Below are positions 52,447 through 64,000 of a stretch of 64,000 nt of DNA, in pieces. The first letter of the stretch is position 1. Each line of letters starts with the position of its first letter. A program made the position numbers and the translations under genes. Source of the stretch: Gnetum montanum (taxonomy: Eukaryota; Plantae; Gnetophyta). The DNA is taken from the NCBI GenBank assembly GCA_015680685.1, contig MNCI01002702.1:63450-127449 (forward strand), in the 5' to 3' direction. The notes under the pieces are model-generated. The model was not told the DNA's origin. It saw nothing but the letters and a program-made list of their open reading frames with translations, and made no database searches.

Positions 52447-53403
52447 TAACACTAGAGCAATTTACTCCAATATTAAAATCACCTTTCCATACTAAATCCA
52501 AATATTATGAAAAGATAATTTATTTACTAGAAAATAAGAAAAATAGCTATATTCAATTATTAAAAAGTGAATATTACAATAAGATTCCCAAAACCCACAA
52601 AACCACCAAAAACTCTCTAACCCCTCAAATGATGCTACAAAGCATGTGACTCTACAACCACATAATGGTTGTTCTCAATGCAAGACACAACCAATGAAGA
52701 ATCTCTTTCATAACCGAGAACTAAGATCTCAACTCTCAAGAAAGACTAGAACACATAGGCCAACATACAACACAATTGACCTTGGAGTTGTAGCCTCTAT
52801 GCACTAATTTAATATGCTCTCTAACTCTCTTGCTCAAGTTCAACATAAGAACTTACATGACATATCCTCTCCATATCTCCAAGTGTGTAACAAGCATGAA
52901 ACAACAATAATATTTAGTTGAAAACAACACAAAATCCTAAGGAAACCTTCCACAAGCTCAATTTGGAGTTCCCATGCTCTCTCTATCTTTTTTTTTTATC
53001 TTCTTCAGGATGTTTTCCAACATGAAATGGTTAATTACAAAAGTTTCCCTAGCCATATAGGTTGTCTTTGGCCTTCTAAAGTCATCTCTATAAAAATCCA
53101 TCTTTCAAGAGAGATGTCTGCTAAGAGTGAAGGATGTCTCCTTCATGGGTGAGATGTCTCCCCTGAGACGTCTCCTCTAAGACATCTTCACTTCTAAAGA
53201 GATGTCTCCTGTCAATGAGAAATGTCTCTTGCAAAGACTTAGCTCTTGGCAAAGACGTTTGCTACATGTTCCAAACATCTCCTATGAAGTCCCAGCTCAT
53301 AGACAAGATGTTTCCTTGACCTTCAAGATGTCTCCACAAAGACCAAAACTTGTAAAAACCACACATAGGGAGTAACAAGAGATTTAGAAGAGGTGTTTCT
53401 ACA
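52447..53403 (-). repeat. Chromovirus 5' LTR
   Basis: Colinear with 14899-15852; AGAYRTCT motif cluster at 53110-53340. Confidence 0.85.
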
Positions 53404-55700
53404 ATAATACATATATGCTGAAAACTTAAAACTAACTAAAATAAATGTTATATCTTAAACTAAAAATATAAAATAAATCAAAAGAAATATAACTCTAACA
53501 ATGATAACAATATAACTACAAATCTGAAATTTCATAAATAGCTAGCATGATAATAAGGGTCTAACCATACATAATTTATGAATCTAAATGCATAAAGATA
53601 AAGAGATAATATTAGAACACATAGCTAAACAGCCAAATACATGAATAATTAAACAATATCCAAAGTTGGAAAGATACCAAGATATAAGAGCTCTAAATCA
53701 TCCATATCCTCAAATGTCTCCATGCTCCAACTAGTCTTGGAAAACTATATAAAAAAGAAGGAAATATCACTGTAAAACTGAGGAACATTGGCACCTTCTC
53801 TAATTGAAGAGTGAACAAATGCCATGATGGCTATGTGAGGCATGGTTGACTTGCAAAACATGTTAACATGGATACACATACCAAGCAATCAAAGTTGTAC
53901 AGCCATAACAATCCAAACCAAACATTCCTAACCCAAACAAATCACCACTCCACCTATCAACCTACAAACAAGGAGATAACACACACTACACTTAGTATCA
54001 AATGTGTTAAAAGTTGTCATGTGTACTTGATCATTTTCAAGTACCAAACTATATCCAAACCTAATATCAAACTATCATACACATTGATTTATTACTTGTC
54101 TCAAACTAAACAAGAAGCATCATCCAAGACTCACTTCTTATGTTTCAACTTATTAGTGCTAAAGACATCTGCCAAGACTCATCTCTAACATTCTAGAGAC
54201 ATCAAACAAAAGGACCAATAAGCAATGGAATTACCCTCTCGTGTAGCATGGGCCCTATGACGAAAGCCATATTAATGCATCCCAATGATGGATCAATGCA
54301 CAAACATCTCTTGGAAGCCCATCTCCAACTAACCACACAACTCGGTGCTCACTCCTACATCCATCCATCCAGTAAACATACAAATATAGCAAACCAAACA
54401 TTGATGGTGAAGGGCAACAAACAAACTAAAAGAAACTAATAATCCAAAAGATTCCATCAAGAGGTACCAAAACAATATGAATAACTTGCAATCATTAATT
54501 CCTAAATGGATCAAACTGAATTCTAACAATATTAGGAAACCAAGATCATTAACAAGGAAAGCTATGAACAACCAAAAACATTAATCAACATTTCCAACTT
54601 ATCCAAATGAGTGTTCCAATACTTGGATTCTTGTTGAGCAAATCATAGATTTGAATATGAATGGATGATTTCAAAATGAGTTTGGGAAGTTACAAGACCA
54701 AGAAGACCTATTAAGAGGCATACCAAAAGTCTAGGCTTAAAAACTAATGACTATATAAAAACAATTCTGTTTATAGGGAAAAGTCTTTTGGTTTTGGAAG
54801 ACTTCTTTGGCAAGGTGAAAGAAATCTTTGGATTTTGAAAGAAGTATTTAAGCTTTGAAAGACGTCTTTTAGTTTTAGAAGATGTCTTTGGCATCTAAGA
54901 AACATCTCTAGAAAGACATCTTTTGAATCTAGAAGTCTCATTTTACATTGGTGAAAGATGTCTTGTCTAAGGCAAAGATGTCTTTCTAAGATTGCTTAGC
55001 TTGCAGAAAAGACATTTTTTAAACTTTGAAGAATTCTTGTTTGAGTGAAACAAAAGTGGATTCGACTAGACAAACACCAAAACAAGGGATCAAACATCGA
55101 GTACAGAGGAAATTAAAGATTCAACAATAAGGAAAGAAAATTGAGACAAGTGAGAAGCAAGTAAGATCAAATCCAACGAAAAGAATGAAATTCACAAAAT
55201 ATCAAGGAAAAGAACATAATCACAACAAAGAGATTTGATGGAAACCCAAAGATAACAAAGAAGTTCTCACAATTAAACAAATACGAAAGACCTTGGAAAG
55301 AATGATCATAGCAAAATCAAGATGTTATGCCAATGAATCAAAACTTGAAACTCTAAACTATCCACGAAGACTGAGCAATCCACACATATGATGAAGATAA
55401 TGTGTTGGCTAGAAATCACATGGAACATTTAGCTAGAGCAAAACAACCACATTTTTCAATTGAAACAAGCCCTCTACCTACTTAAAGTGGCTATAAAAGC
55501 CATGCATTGCCTTGATAGATGGAGGCAAACACATTTCCAAAACTAGCCATTTTGGGCTCTCTAAAGTTAGGTGTTTCTTTGGCAACAATCGCATTCTAAT
55601 TACAAAAAATAGGTCATACCCACAATTTGGCATGTTGATGCCTTAGGCCAAACCCACACATTAGCTTATTAGATATTTTACTCTTGATGTCGATGTCACA
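53404..55700. mobile_element. Older unclassified retroelement-like sequence, probably continuous with 14380-14898
   Basis: A-rich composition matching the left flank; AAGAYRTCTT repeats at 54780-55020; no coding motif recognised. Confidence 0.35.
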
Positions 55701-56119
55701 CTACTCTACAATCTTTATTTCCACCTTCTCTATAGATTCAACTAAGAAGTTGTTCAAGACATGATTTGTTTGCCTTAGCTTCTAGCGGTTGAGCTACATT
55801 GCAAGTTGACAAAGGTAGTGTCCTCACAATTGTATATGATTCACCATGAGGGTTTCTTGGAACTACTCATCAAAGTCGCAAGGGATCTACTAACACAAAC
55901 ACAACCCTCCATCCTAACCCTACCTACCCCCACCCTCCCAAAGGATAAGGCACAAGAAGCACCTTTACACCCATAACCTCCCTTGACACATCGAATGAAG
56001 AATTCGAAGATAAAGATGTTGAAGTCATCAATACCCTAGGTGCTCATTGACAACAACGCCATTCTATCAACATGCCTTGTAGGCCTTGACCCAAGTACTT
56101 TGTGCAACGAGTACTAGGC

Positions 56120-56557
56120 CAAGTACTTCCACCCCTTCAACCTCTTACCCAAACTACATGTTCTGCCCGTATCGTAGATTTGGGGGCAAAGAAATTATCT
56201 AACTCAACTGCAGCAAAGTACTTCCACCCCTTCAACCTCTTACATGTTCTGCCCGTATCGTAGATTTGGGGGCAGAGAAAGTATCTAACTCAACTGCAGC
56301 AAAGTACTTCCACCCCTTCAACCTCTTACATGTTTTGCCCGTATCGTAGATTTGGGGGTAGAGAAAGTATCTAACTCAATTGCAGCAAAGTACTTCCACC
56401 CCTTCAACCTCTTACATGTTCTGCCCGTATCATAGATTTGGGGGCAGAGAAAGTATCTAACTCAACAGCAAAGTACTTCCACCCCTTCAACCTCTTACAG
56501 GTTCTGCCCGTATCATAGATTTGGGGGTAGAGAAAGTATCTAACTCAACTGCAGCAA
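56120..56557. repeat. Five-copy ~86-bp tandem repeat
   Basis: AAGTACTTCCACCCCTTCAACCTCTTAC...CTCAACTGCAGCA units starting at ~56121, 56216, 56302, 56388, 56471. Confidence 0.95.
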
Positions 56558-58130
56558 TGCATGCACAATGCACCTTTCTAATGTCAAACCAATTCATCAC
56601 AATTTCTTTAGCAACCTCCTCTTGAATGCTACTAAACCTCTTACTCCCTCACATTCCCATTCGTGAAAGCACTAGGCATAGCAATTCCTTTGCAACTCTC
56701 CAGAAATCCCCTAGGCCCCACCCCAGATTGTTCAGCTCCTATCTTTGTTGTTGGGCCTCTCGACAACGACGTTGTACATTGAAGACGTGAATACTTAACT
56801 GCAGCAATGACACGCTCACAACTTGCTCCAACACAAGCCCTCAAAACGCACACAACAAAACGCCTCGGATGGCATGACCTGTGGAATGCATGCAACTTGG
56901 ATATTGATGCAATCCAATTTGTATTTGATACTTTGAATACCCTGATTTTCAGGAACCATCAAGCCCCATCTTTTGATATGATCATGTATATGTTAACTGT
57001 TGTCTGGGCAGGGCTCTTTCCTGTTTTGTTTATGGTTGGCCTAACTAATTGGTCCATCTTTCCCCTCTAGGGTTATTTCATACTAATATATGCATCTATG
57101 CCTTCTTTTAATTAATTTAATTACCATTCTTTGCTCTGAAAAACACAATCGATTTCTTGTTTATCCCTTATTCAGTGCATATTATCATTTTCTTCGCCGG
57201 CATGGGTGATTTATTTGTTAATTGGAAGAAGAGATTCTTCTCCGCAGCTACAATCCAAGGACCAGCCAGAGGCCGAGGGCAACGACGCGAATTCTTGCCT
57301 AAGAGTTTCTATTAATAAATATTCGCAAACAATCATCCTTGCTCTCTGTTTTAAGGCGCAGGATATGTTTTTAGTGGATGGGTGCCATTTCAATATCTAC
57401 TGCTTAATATTGGAATCCATCCCAGATACAATGGAGCGTTTCATCTGAGTTCTGAACCTTCATTTTGCCCAAAAATAGTCACATATCCATCCAAGGTTAT
57501 GCAACTCAATTTTTACATGGGATATCCATTGAACTTTATCAAATTAAAAAAATATATTGGAAATTTTTTTTCTATGGCATTGTAAAGTTTGCAATCCCTC
57601 ACATTTTAGGGGCTTAAGATAGTCTTAAACGGTCATCACCGGACATGTCATTGCAAAACACTTCCTTCAAACAGCATAGCTACAAGCCTGCAACTTATTC
57701 AAACGCCAAAACAAGGATCTTGAAGCACTAAATGATAAAATTTACAGAGGTAACTCTGCATGCCAAATACATCCGTTGTTTGGATAAGTAAAAGCATTCA
57801 CATGCATACTAAATATGACTACTACATTGATGCACACGAATACAACTGGAGCATACATGTCTGTACATCCAACGTAGCAGATTTCAAGAAGGATCAAAAA
57901 ATGTAATGAAATTGGCAAGCTGTCTGAGTGATGCATGTTCATGACAATCAGGGTCAATTACTTTTTCCTTTAGATGGTGTTCAACACCTCCATCTGCTGT
58001 AAGCAAACAGCTACCGTAATTCAAGGTATTGACAAAGCACCTCAAGCAATTATTGAGCTCTGCTGCTGCTGCTGTCTGAGTTCTTCATTCACTAAACATT
58101 TTGGAGGGAAAAGATTAAAAGTTTGTTGAT

Positions 58131-59452
58131 TCACTTTGTACCATCGGAACATGATAAAGAAGTTTGTTGGCTGGGTATTTCTTCATTCCAACTGCGGTCA
58201 ATTGCAGGTAAAGTATACTCATCTGGTTTCAAAGATACTGCGAAGTCTGGCAATTTTGGCAACGTTTCTGAAACCCTGAAATAGTAAATGCAACCTTTTA
58301 TTGAATACTGAATATAAAAGACAACATATACAAGAATGAAATGCAACTTTCCAAACAGAAAGGCCCCTCAATTTGAGTTTGAAAATTAAAATCTATTCCG
58401 ATTTTATAGAATTTATTGGGTCTCCTGAGACATAATAAAATCCAGTTTCCAGTTTATTTCGAATGAATATTAGTCTACAAACATAAAATTAGTTCCTCAA
58501 TTCCAAATCATCTGTAAATAGCTCAAAATTCTATCATTAGCAACAAATAGAAGTGAAGCCGATGTTTTAAAGGAAGACTTGTCAATTTCATAGTGGGATA
58601 GGCATCCAAGCGTTTGATCCTCTAACCTTTTATATCATTAGATATTGAAAGCTAAGAAATTGCGGTATTCCTTAAAATATGATAACTATGGTTTAAGACA
58701 TATCTAGACTTCATACAGTGTGATATGACCGAATAGGATGGTTAAAATTTTTTTTGATAATCTTGTATCACTGATGATGCTATATTAAGGATCTCCTAAC
58801 GTTTCATCATTTTTATGATGAGAACTGTTCCAAAAACCAAAAATGTGTTGGGCATCAAACCTGCTTCAATCATCACAACAAATATTACAATTAACAGAAC
58901 AGAGTTCCATTAGAAAAAAGTTGATCCTTCTCAAAAAATAAAAAATCTAATTACAGGAGCATCACTGATTGCTTCAACAAAAATATTTTCAATGATAACT
59001 TTTTTATTACACAAGAAGGGAAAACGATTCTGATACCAAATGAGTTAAGTGCTTGAAAAGAGAATGAGATAGCGCATCTTAGCTTATTACTTACTTATCA
59101 CTGGCGTTAGAATCCCTTCTGATACGTGTCTTATTTGCAACATCTCTTGGAATTTTCTCAGATAAATGCTTTACAGCACCCCAAGGGGGAGGTAGCCTGT
59201 ATTTATTTGAAACGTAGAAATAAAGAAAATGCTTAGTCATCATTATCTGATTATTATAGTATACTATCAGATAATTAGCTTTGAACCGGAAAACTACCTT
59301 GTTTCTGGTGCTGCCTTAGAAAAATCTACACATGCCTTCTTACTTTCTCTCAGAAATTGCTCTGCTGCTTTAAGACATGCTAATGCTTCAGCATGACTAT
59401 TTTCTCCAACACTCTCATCTAAAATCAAACCATGGTAATAATATGCTGCAGC
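58131..59452 (-). CDS. Endosomal-targeting BRO1-like domain protein, last three exons (59298-59452, 59095-59196, 58131-58275)
   Basis: Spliced in frame with GT-AG: AAAYYYHGLILDE..ESKKAC..R/LPPPWGAVKHLSEKIPRD..K/VSETLPKLPDFAVSLKPDEYTLPAIDRSWNEE*; resembles the Arabidopsis At1g17940/At1g73390-type C-terminus (from memory); upstream exons not seen in the window. Confidence 0.9.
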
Positions 59453-59754
59453 CTGTGGGTAGCATGATACAAGTTCAAAATTTAACAAAGCAGTGCAACC
59501 GTCAATATTATTTCATCACTCCTAAAAGAATTTGATTAGTTGCACACTCAACTTATCAAAAAAGTGCTCAACTGATAATAGCTGACATTAGAATATTAAC
59601 ATTAACTATACTCAAAAGAATATACTTGATAAATAGGCTATTATCAAAAGATCAGCGGTGAGAATTGTCAATAAATGGGAAATAACCATCTCTATGCCAT
59701 GTGAAAAAAATATAATGACAAAAGTTAAAGATAACAAGACAGACTAAGAGTAAT

Positions 59755-60440
59755 GTCGTGACGAGGACATCACCTCAGTCCCAATGCACTTTTCCTCATG
59801 TGTGTCAAGTGTTTTGAGCATTTTGAGTCAAAAAAGGCTCAAGGATTGAATGTCGGATGCTACTTAAGGATCAAAGAGGATTGCAGATGAGACATCTAGA
59901 ACCCTATAGACGCCTTGACTGAGGCTCACCCCTGCATTATTAAGATGTCTTGAATTCCTGAGTCGTCTTGGCAACCATGCCTGACAATGCAGGGCATCCT
60001 GATTGTTCAGCATGGACCTTCTTCCAGTGAAACATCTTCCAACTTCTAGGACATCTTGGCTTTTCCAAACTGGATGGCCAGTGAAGCCGAAATGACACCA
60101 AGGAACTGAAAGGTAAACCAAAAAGGCTATAAAGGAAGAGCTTGAATGCACAAAGAAAGAGAGGCAACTTGGAGAGGGAAAGTGAAGTGAGGCCGAAAGA
60201 GTGCCTTGCACCTCCTTGTCTGAGTGTATCTCCACTGTGAGAGAGTCCCTCTTGAGTGTTGTGAGTGTGTAGGACTTTGAACTTGCTGTGTGTCTCCAGG
60301 TTCTTGGGATTTTGAGTTGAGCTTTGGTCCTCCATTGTGGTTGTATTTCTTCAGTTCAATATAATTGTGGGAGAATTATTCCATTTCTTCTTGTTCTTTC
60401 TCCAAGTCAATTCAAGTTGGAAATGTTGTGGAATTGTGAG
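59755..60440 (+). repeat. Possible LTR fragment in the intron
   Basis: Starts TGTCG, higher GC than flanks, CTATAAAGG at ~60127; no second copy or TSD found. Confidence 0.3.
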
Positions 60441-62829
60441 TTTGGGGCTTGTTGGTCAAACTTGCATAATGTGGCTGCTGTAAATTAAAGTTACCAAATA
60501 CATGTCTATAAGGCTGATATAAAATTGGTAAAGGAGAGGGTACAAAGATCAACTTAATACATTCTAAAATAGCATTCACAACATATAAATATTAAAATGT
60601 GCTTCTTATTAGCACTGACAAGAGCAATGCCGTTACAAAGATTTATGGAATTTTATTGGAATAACACTTAACCCACAAAGAACGTGGGCCGGACCAGTTT
60701 TATATTATCTGCATGAATTGATTGATATGTTTGTCTCCTTGTGAGTGAACTTTTATATTGGTGACGCAGCCACAATAGATCCAGGGTTGTCCATTTTATC
60801 CACGGTACACGGGACAAAGAAAGAAAAAACAAAACAAAACAAAGTTATCTTCCTAGCTTATGGCAGAAGAATGAATCGTTAATAAATGCTTTAGAGGATT
60901 AGACGGTTGATTCTGTGCTTGAATGTGGAGAACAGGTATCTGTTACTTCAATAAACAAAGGTGATTGTAGAAGAATGTTTCGTGATATTAACATTTCATA
61001 ACTTGCTAGACCTTATCATCCCTACATTCAGAAGTGTCTCTTCATGACTTATTAGTTAAGGACTTTTGACATGCATCATAAAAGCCACAGGTTCAATTCC
61101 AGTGTGTTATGTTGATATCTACAACCATTGTGTAACATATAACTGAACTAGCCCACCAGATCCCTAGGGTCTCCACATGCACATGATAGAAAACCTTCAC
61201 GACTTGTTAATTTAGTATTCACACGGTTCTAGTTTCCCAGCTTCCCTTCTCCAAAACTTTTATAACTTTTAATGTATTGCAACTGTAACAACCCTCTTCT
61301 TCAGGGATTGTGTTAGGATGTTTTGTGATATGTTTTTCAATATTTTCTATTTCTGGTTTTCTTGATGTGATTGTGTTTTGGAAATGAATATGGCTGACTA
61401 TTATGGCAACTGAGGCTATGAATATGGCGTGATTCTGGCTCTGTGGCGGGGGGCGGCAGCAACCCTCCTCCTCTGCCCCCCACCCCCAACCCCCCACCCC
61501 CAACCACACCCCCCCCTCCCCCCCCCTCAGACCTAAACCTGGATCTGTTTGAAAAAATAAAAGTAACTGCCATAGAAAGTCAGTTATATTAAAGAAACAA
61601 AAACCAAAACTGTAACATGAGTAAATAAATAGGGTTAGGCAAAGGGAAAAAAGGGATGAAGAAAAGAACAGAAAGGAAAGGAAGAGAAGACAGGAGGATT
61701 ACAGGAACAGCAACTACTACTACTAAGCAACTACAATAATAAGGGGCACATCCTCAGCAGCACACAGGTAGACAAAAATAATATTAACGAATATAAAAAC
61801 ACAGAATGAAAATGATTGCACCGGCTCAACAATGAAAATAAATGAATACTTATGGCTAGAAAAAGTGGTCATTCAAAGGAGGGTTTTGAAGGCTGAACAA
61901 GGTGGATGCACAGTTCCTCCCTAGCTTTACTTTTGGTTGGTGTATGATTTTATTTTCAGAATTCTTTCACCATCTTAAATGTTTTCTAAATCATTTTTGT
62001 TTTCTATGACATTGTGGATTGTTGAATCTTCGTTTTTGTGGATCTCTCCACCCATCTTCACATTCTCAGGCCTAAATAACTTGGATGAGAGTTGTTTCCA
62101 AATAGACTTGGAAACACCCATAAAGATTTTGGGGCAGTTTGGCCATAAAGGCTTGCCAACAAGGACCAAGGATCCTTGATGAGGAATGGTACCATCAGCA
62201 GAAAGCCAAGATGAGCCCGGAGTGGCGGCCTCGCTTCTACTATTGCAGAGCGGCCAAAAAAAACCTAGGCATGTTAACCCTAACTCCCAATTTAAGGCAT
62301 TTGAGGAAAGCAAAGTGGATGCCTTGGAGTTTTGACCCATTGCTAGACTATACAAAAAATCGGTCCACAAGATCCGTCGCTCAGGCCCAGATCCAAGGCA
62401 GAGAGGATCTAGGAACTTGTTTGCTTTGTGTGCATGGCACCAGCCCGTTGAAGAAAATTTCGACATCTTGTAGCTTGCGTGTGGAGGGCAAAATGATTTC
62501 GCCATCGGCCTAGGCCCCCAGACACCTAGCAATCGAGGACTCAATGATGATGACCTCAATGCCCCTAAAATAGGTTTGATCCTCGTGCCAGTTAGCAAAA
62601 AATGCATCGTCTAGGAGGACCGGGTCACCAACTAGCTATTGCAGGGCATCACTCCAACCGCATTACTCCACCAGCTACCACAACTCCTCATCTTCTTGGA
62701 TGCCGCACAGTCAAGCTCGTACGTTGGCATGACCCCCATCGCTGCTTCAATCTCTTTCCACGCAACTTCGGCTTAGGAAACCACCTATGGAGGGGCGGGG
62801 GGGAGGGGGGGTGCGGGGGGAGTCTACAC

Positions 62830-64000
62830 AACTGGAAGATTTTGTGATTTCTCATCTTCCATGCTACCCATAAAAGTAGCGTGGCTTGAGAATCGCCTGT
62901 GAAGTTCATTGGGGGAACCGCACCTGCAGTACGCCACGTGGAGCGCATGTAGGCACATTGATAAATGAAGTGTTGCACAATCTCAGGTGCAGTGCCACAT
63001 AGAAGACAGGTGTCATCCATAACGAGGCCTCGTCTGCATAAGAGTGCTCAAACAGGCAGCACATCATTTTTAATCAACCACAGGAAAACTTTAATTTTCT
63101 CGGGCAACCATCCCTGCCAAATCTACCACCAGCCTGGTACCAACGGGTACATGGCCATCAACAGGCAATGCGGCTCGAGAATCGACCACCCTTGCACCTG
63201 CATTTTGCATGCATGGCCGTAGAGCATTTGCCAGGGCCTCGAGTCCTACGCTCCCACCTCCCACCGTTTGTATTTTGCATTCATTACTCAGACCCATTGG
63301 GCTGGCTCCCCAAACTGGCTCATGAAACGGAGTAACAGGCGTTGCTGCCCCATCGTCAGCTCGTCCTCAAACTTTGAAACGCCTAGCCCCCACCCCCCCT
63401 CTCTGCCCCCCGACCAAACAAACTGACAAATGCGCATGTTAAGGTTGTCTATAATGGCACTTGGAGGGGTGGCAACTGTAGCCACGAAGTAGGTTATTGT
63501 CGTGAGTACCCCAGACGCCGCCACCAACCGCCCCTTCCTAGTCAGGAAACGATTGGCCCAGTGTCCCACCCATCTTTCAACCTTTTCCAAGAGTGTTCCC
63601 CAAGACATACACCACCCCACTGGAAAAGTGGGATACCCAGGTAAGTATCTCTACCTATTTAGGACTTGTATTACTCAGCTCTTTATCTATGTGTCCACGT
63701 TGACAAAATGAGCCGTTGACTTAGCCATGTTAATCTCTAGCCCCAGCTCATCCGCCAACCATGAAAGTGCCGCATTGATGCATCGCGCTTGTGGGACCCA
63801 GGCACAACTAAGCAACATTGTGTCATCCGTGTAATGCTCAGTCAGACATTCCACCCCCGCAATTTCTAGACCGCCAACCCCTGCCGCCCTACAGTAATGT
63901 TGCATCAAATCAATAGCAATAATGAAAAGTAGGGGCGAAAGGGGGTCTCCCTGCTGCAACCCCCTCCCAAGTGAGGAGAGACCCCACAACTGCACCCCCC
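62830..64000 (-). mobile_element. L1-clade LINE ORF2 remnant (RT plus zf-RVT)
   Basis: RGLQQGDPLSPLLFIIAID..YTDDTMLL; LTRKGRLV; CLLCGTAPEIVQHFIYQC..WKMRN. Confidence 0.9.

Larger units (their letters stand above)
14899..53403 (-). mobile_element. Chromovirus (gypsy) remnant hosting the nested Tat and Athila insertions
   Basis: Matching LTRs at ~14899-15852 and ~52447-53403; tRNA-Met PBS beside the right LTR, PPT beside the left LTR; gag and chromodomain remnants. Confidence 0.75.

Noticed and set aside
56120-56557. CRISPR-like array
   Set aside because: Whole units repeat with no unique spacers; eukaryotic context, no cas genes
59864-60335. ORFs as further BRO1-like exons
   Set aside because: No BRO1-like motifs or convincing splice sites; they lie in repeat-like sequence

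Overview
Repeat-dense plant nuclear DNA, probably a vascular plant such as a fern (inferred from the BRO1-like gene, the Athila/Tat/chromovirus mix, an endogenous caulimovirid and strong CpG/CHG decay). Bases 1-56 kb are nested, degenerate Ty3/gypsy retrotransposons. (1) A full-length Athila-like element (248-9911, TSD AAGGT) sits inside the gag of a minus-strand Athila. (2) A third Athila 5' end lies at 12.7-14.4 kb. (3) A minus-strand chromovirus has LTRs at ~14.9-15.85 kb and ~52.45-53.4 kb that bracket a Tat/Ogre-like element (16112-~42280) and a 5'-truncated env-bearing Athila (~42281-51813). The Tat element is the most unusual object. Its protease and RT are separated by ~9.5 kb holding a multi-intron antisense gene and a 10x ~192-bp palindrome array, bounded by a perfect 23-bp direct repeat. 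Its RNase H region is replaced by a ~6.45-kb co-oriented caulimovirid genome (MP-CP-PR-RT-RH-extra ORF) joined by apparent microhomologies. The last 8 kb hold an 86-bp tandem repeat, three 3' exons of a BRO1-like gene (minus strand) and a LINE in its upstream intron. All calls are by eye; no searches were run.
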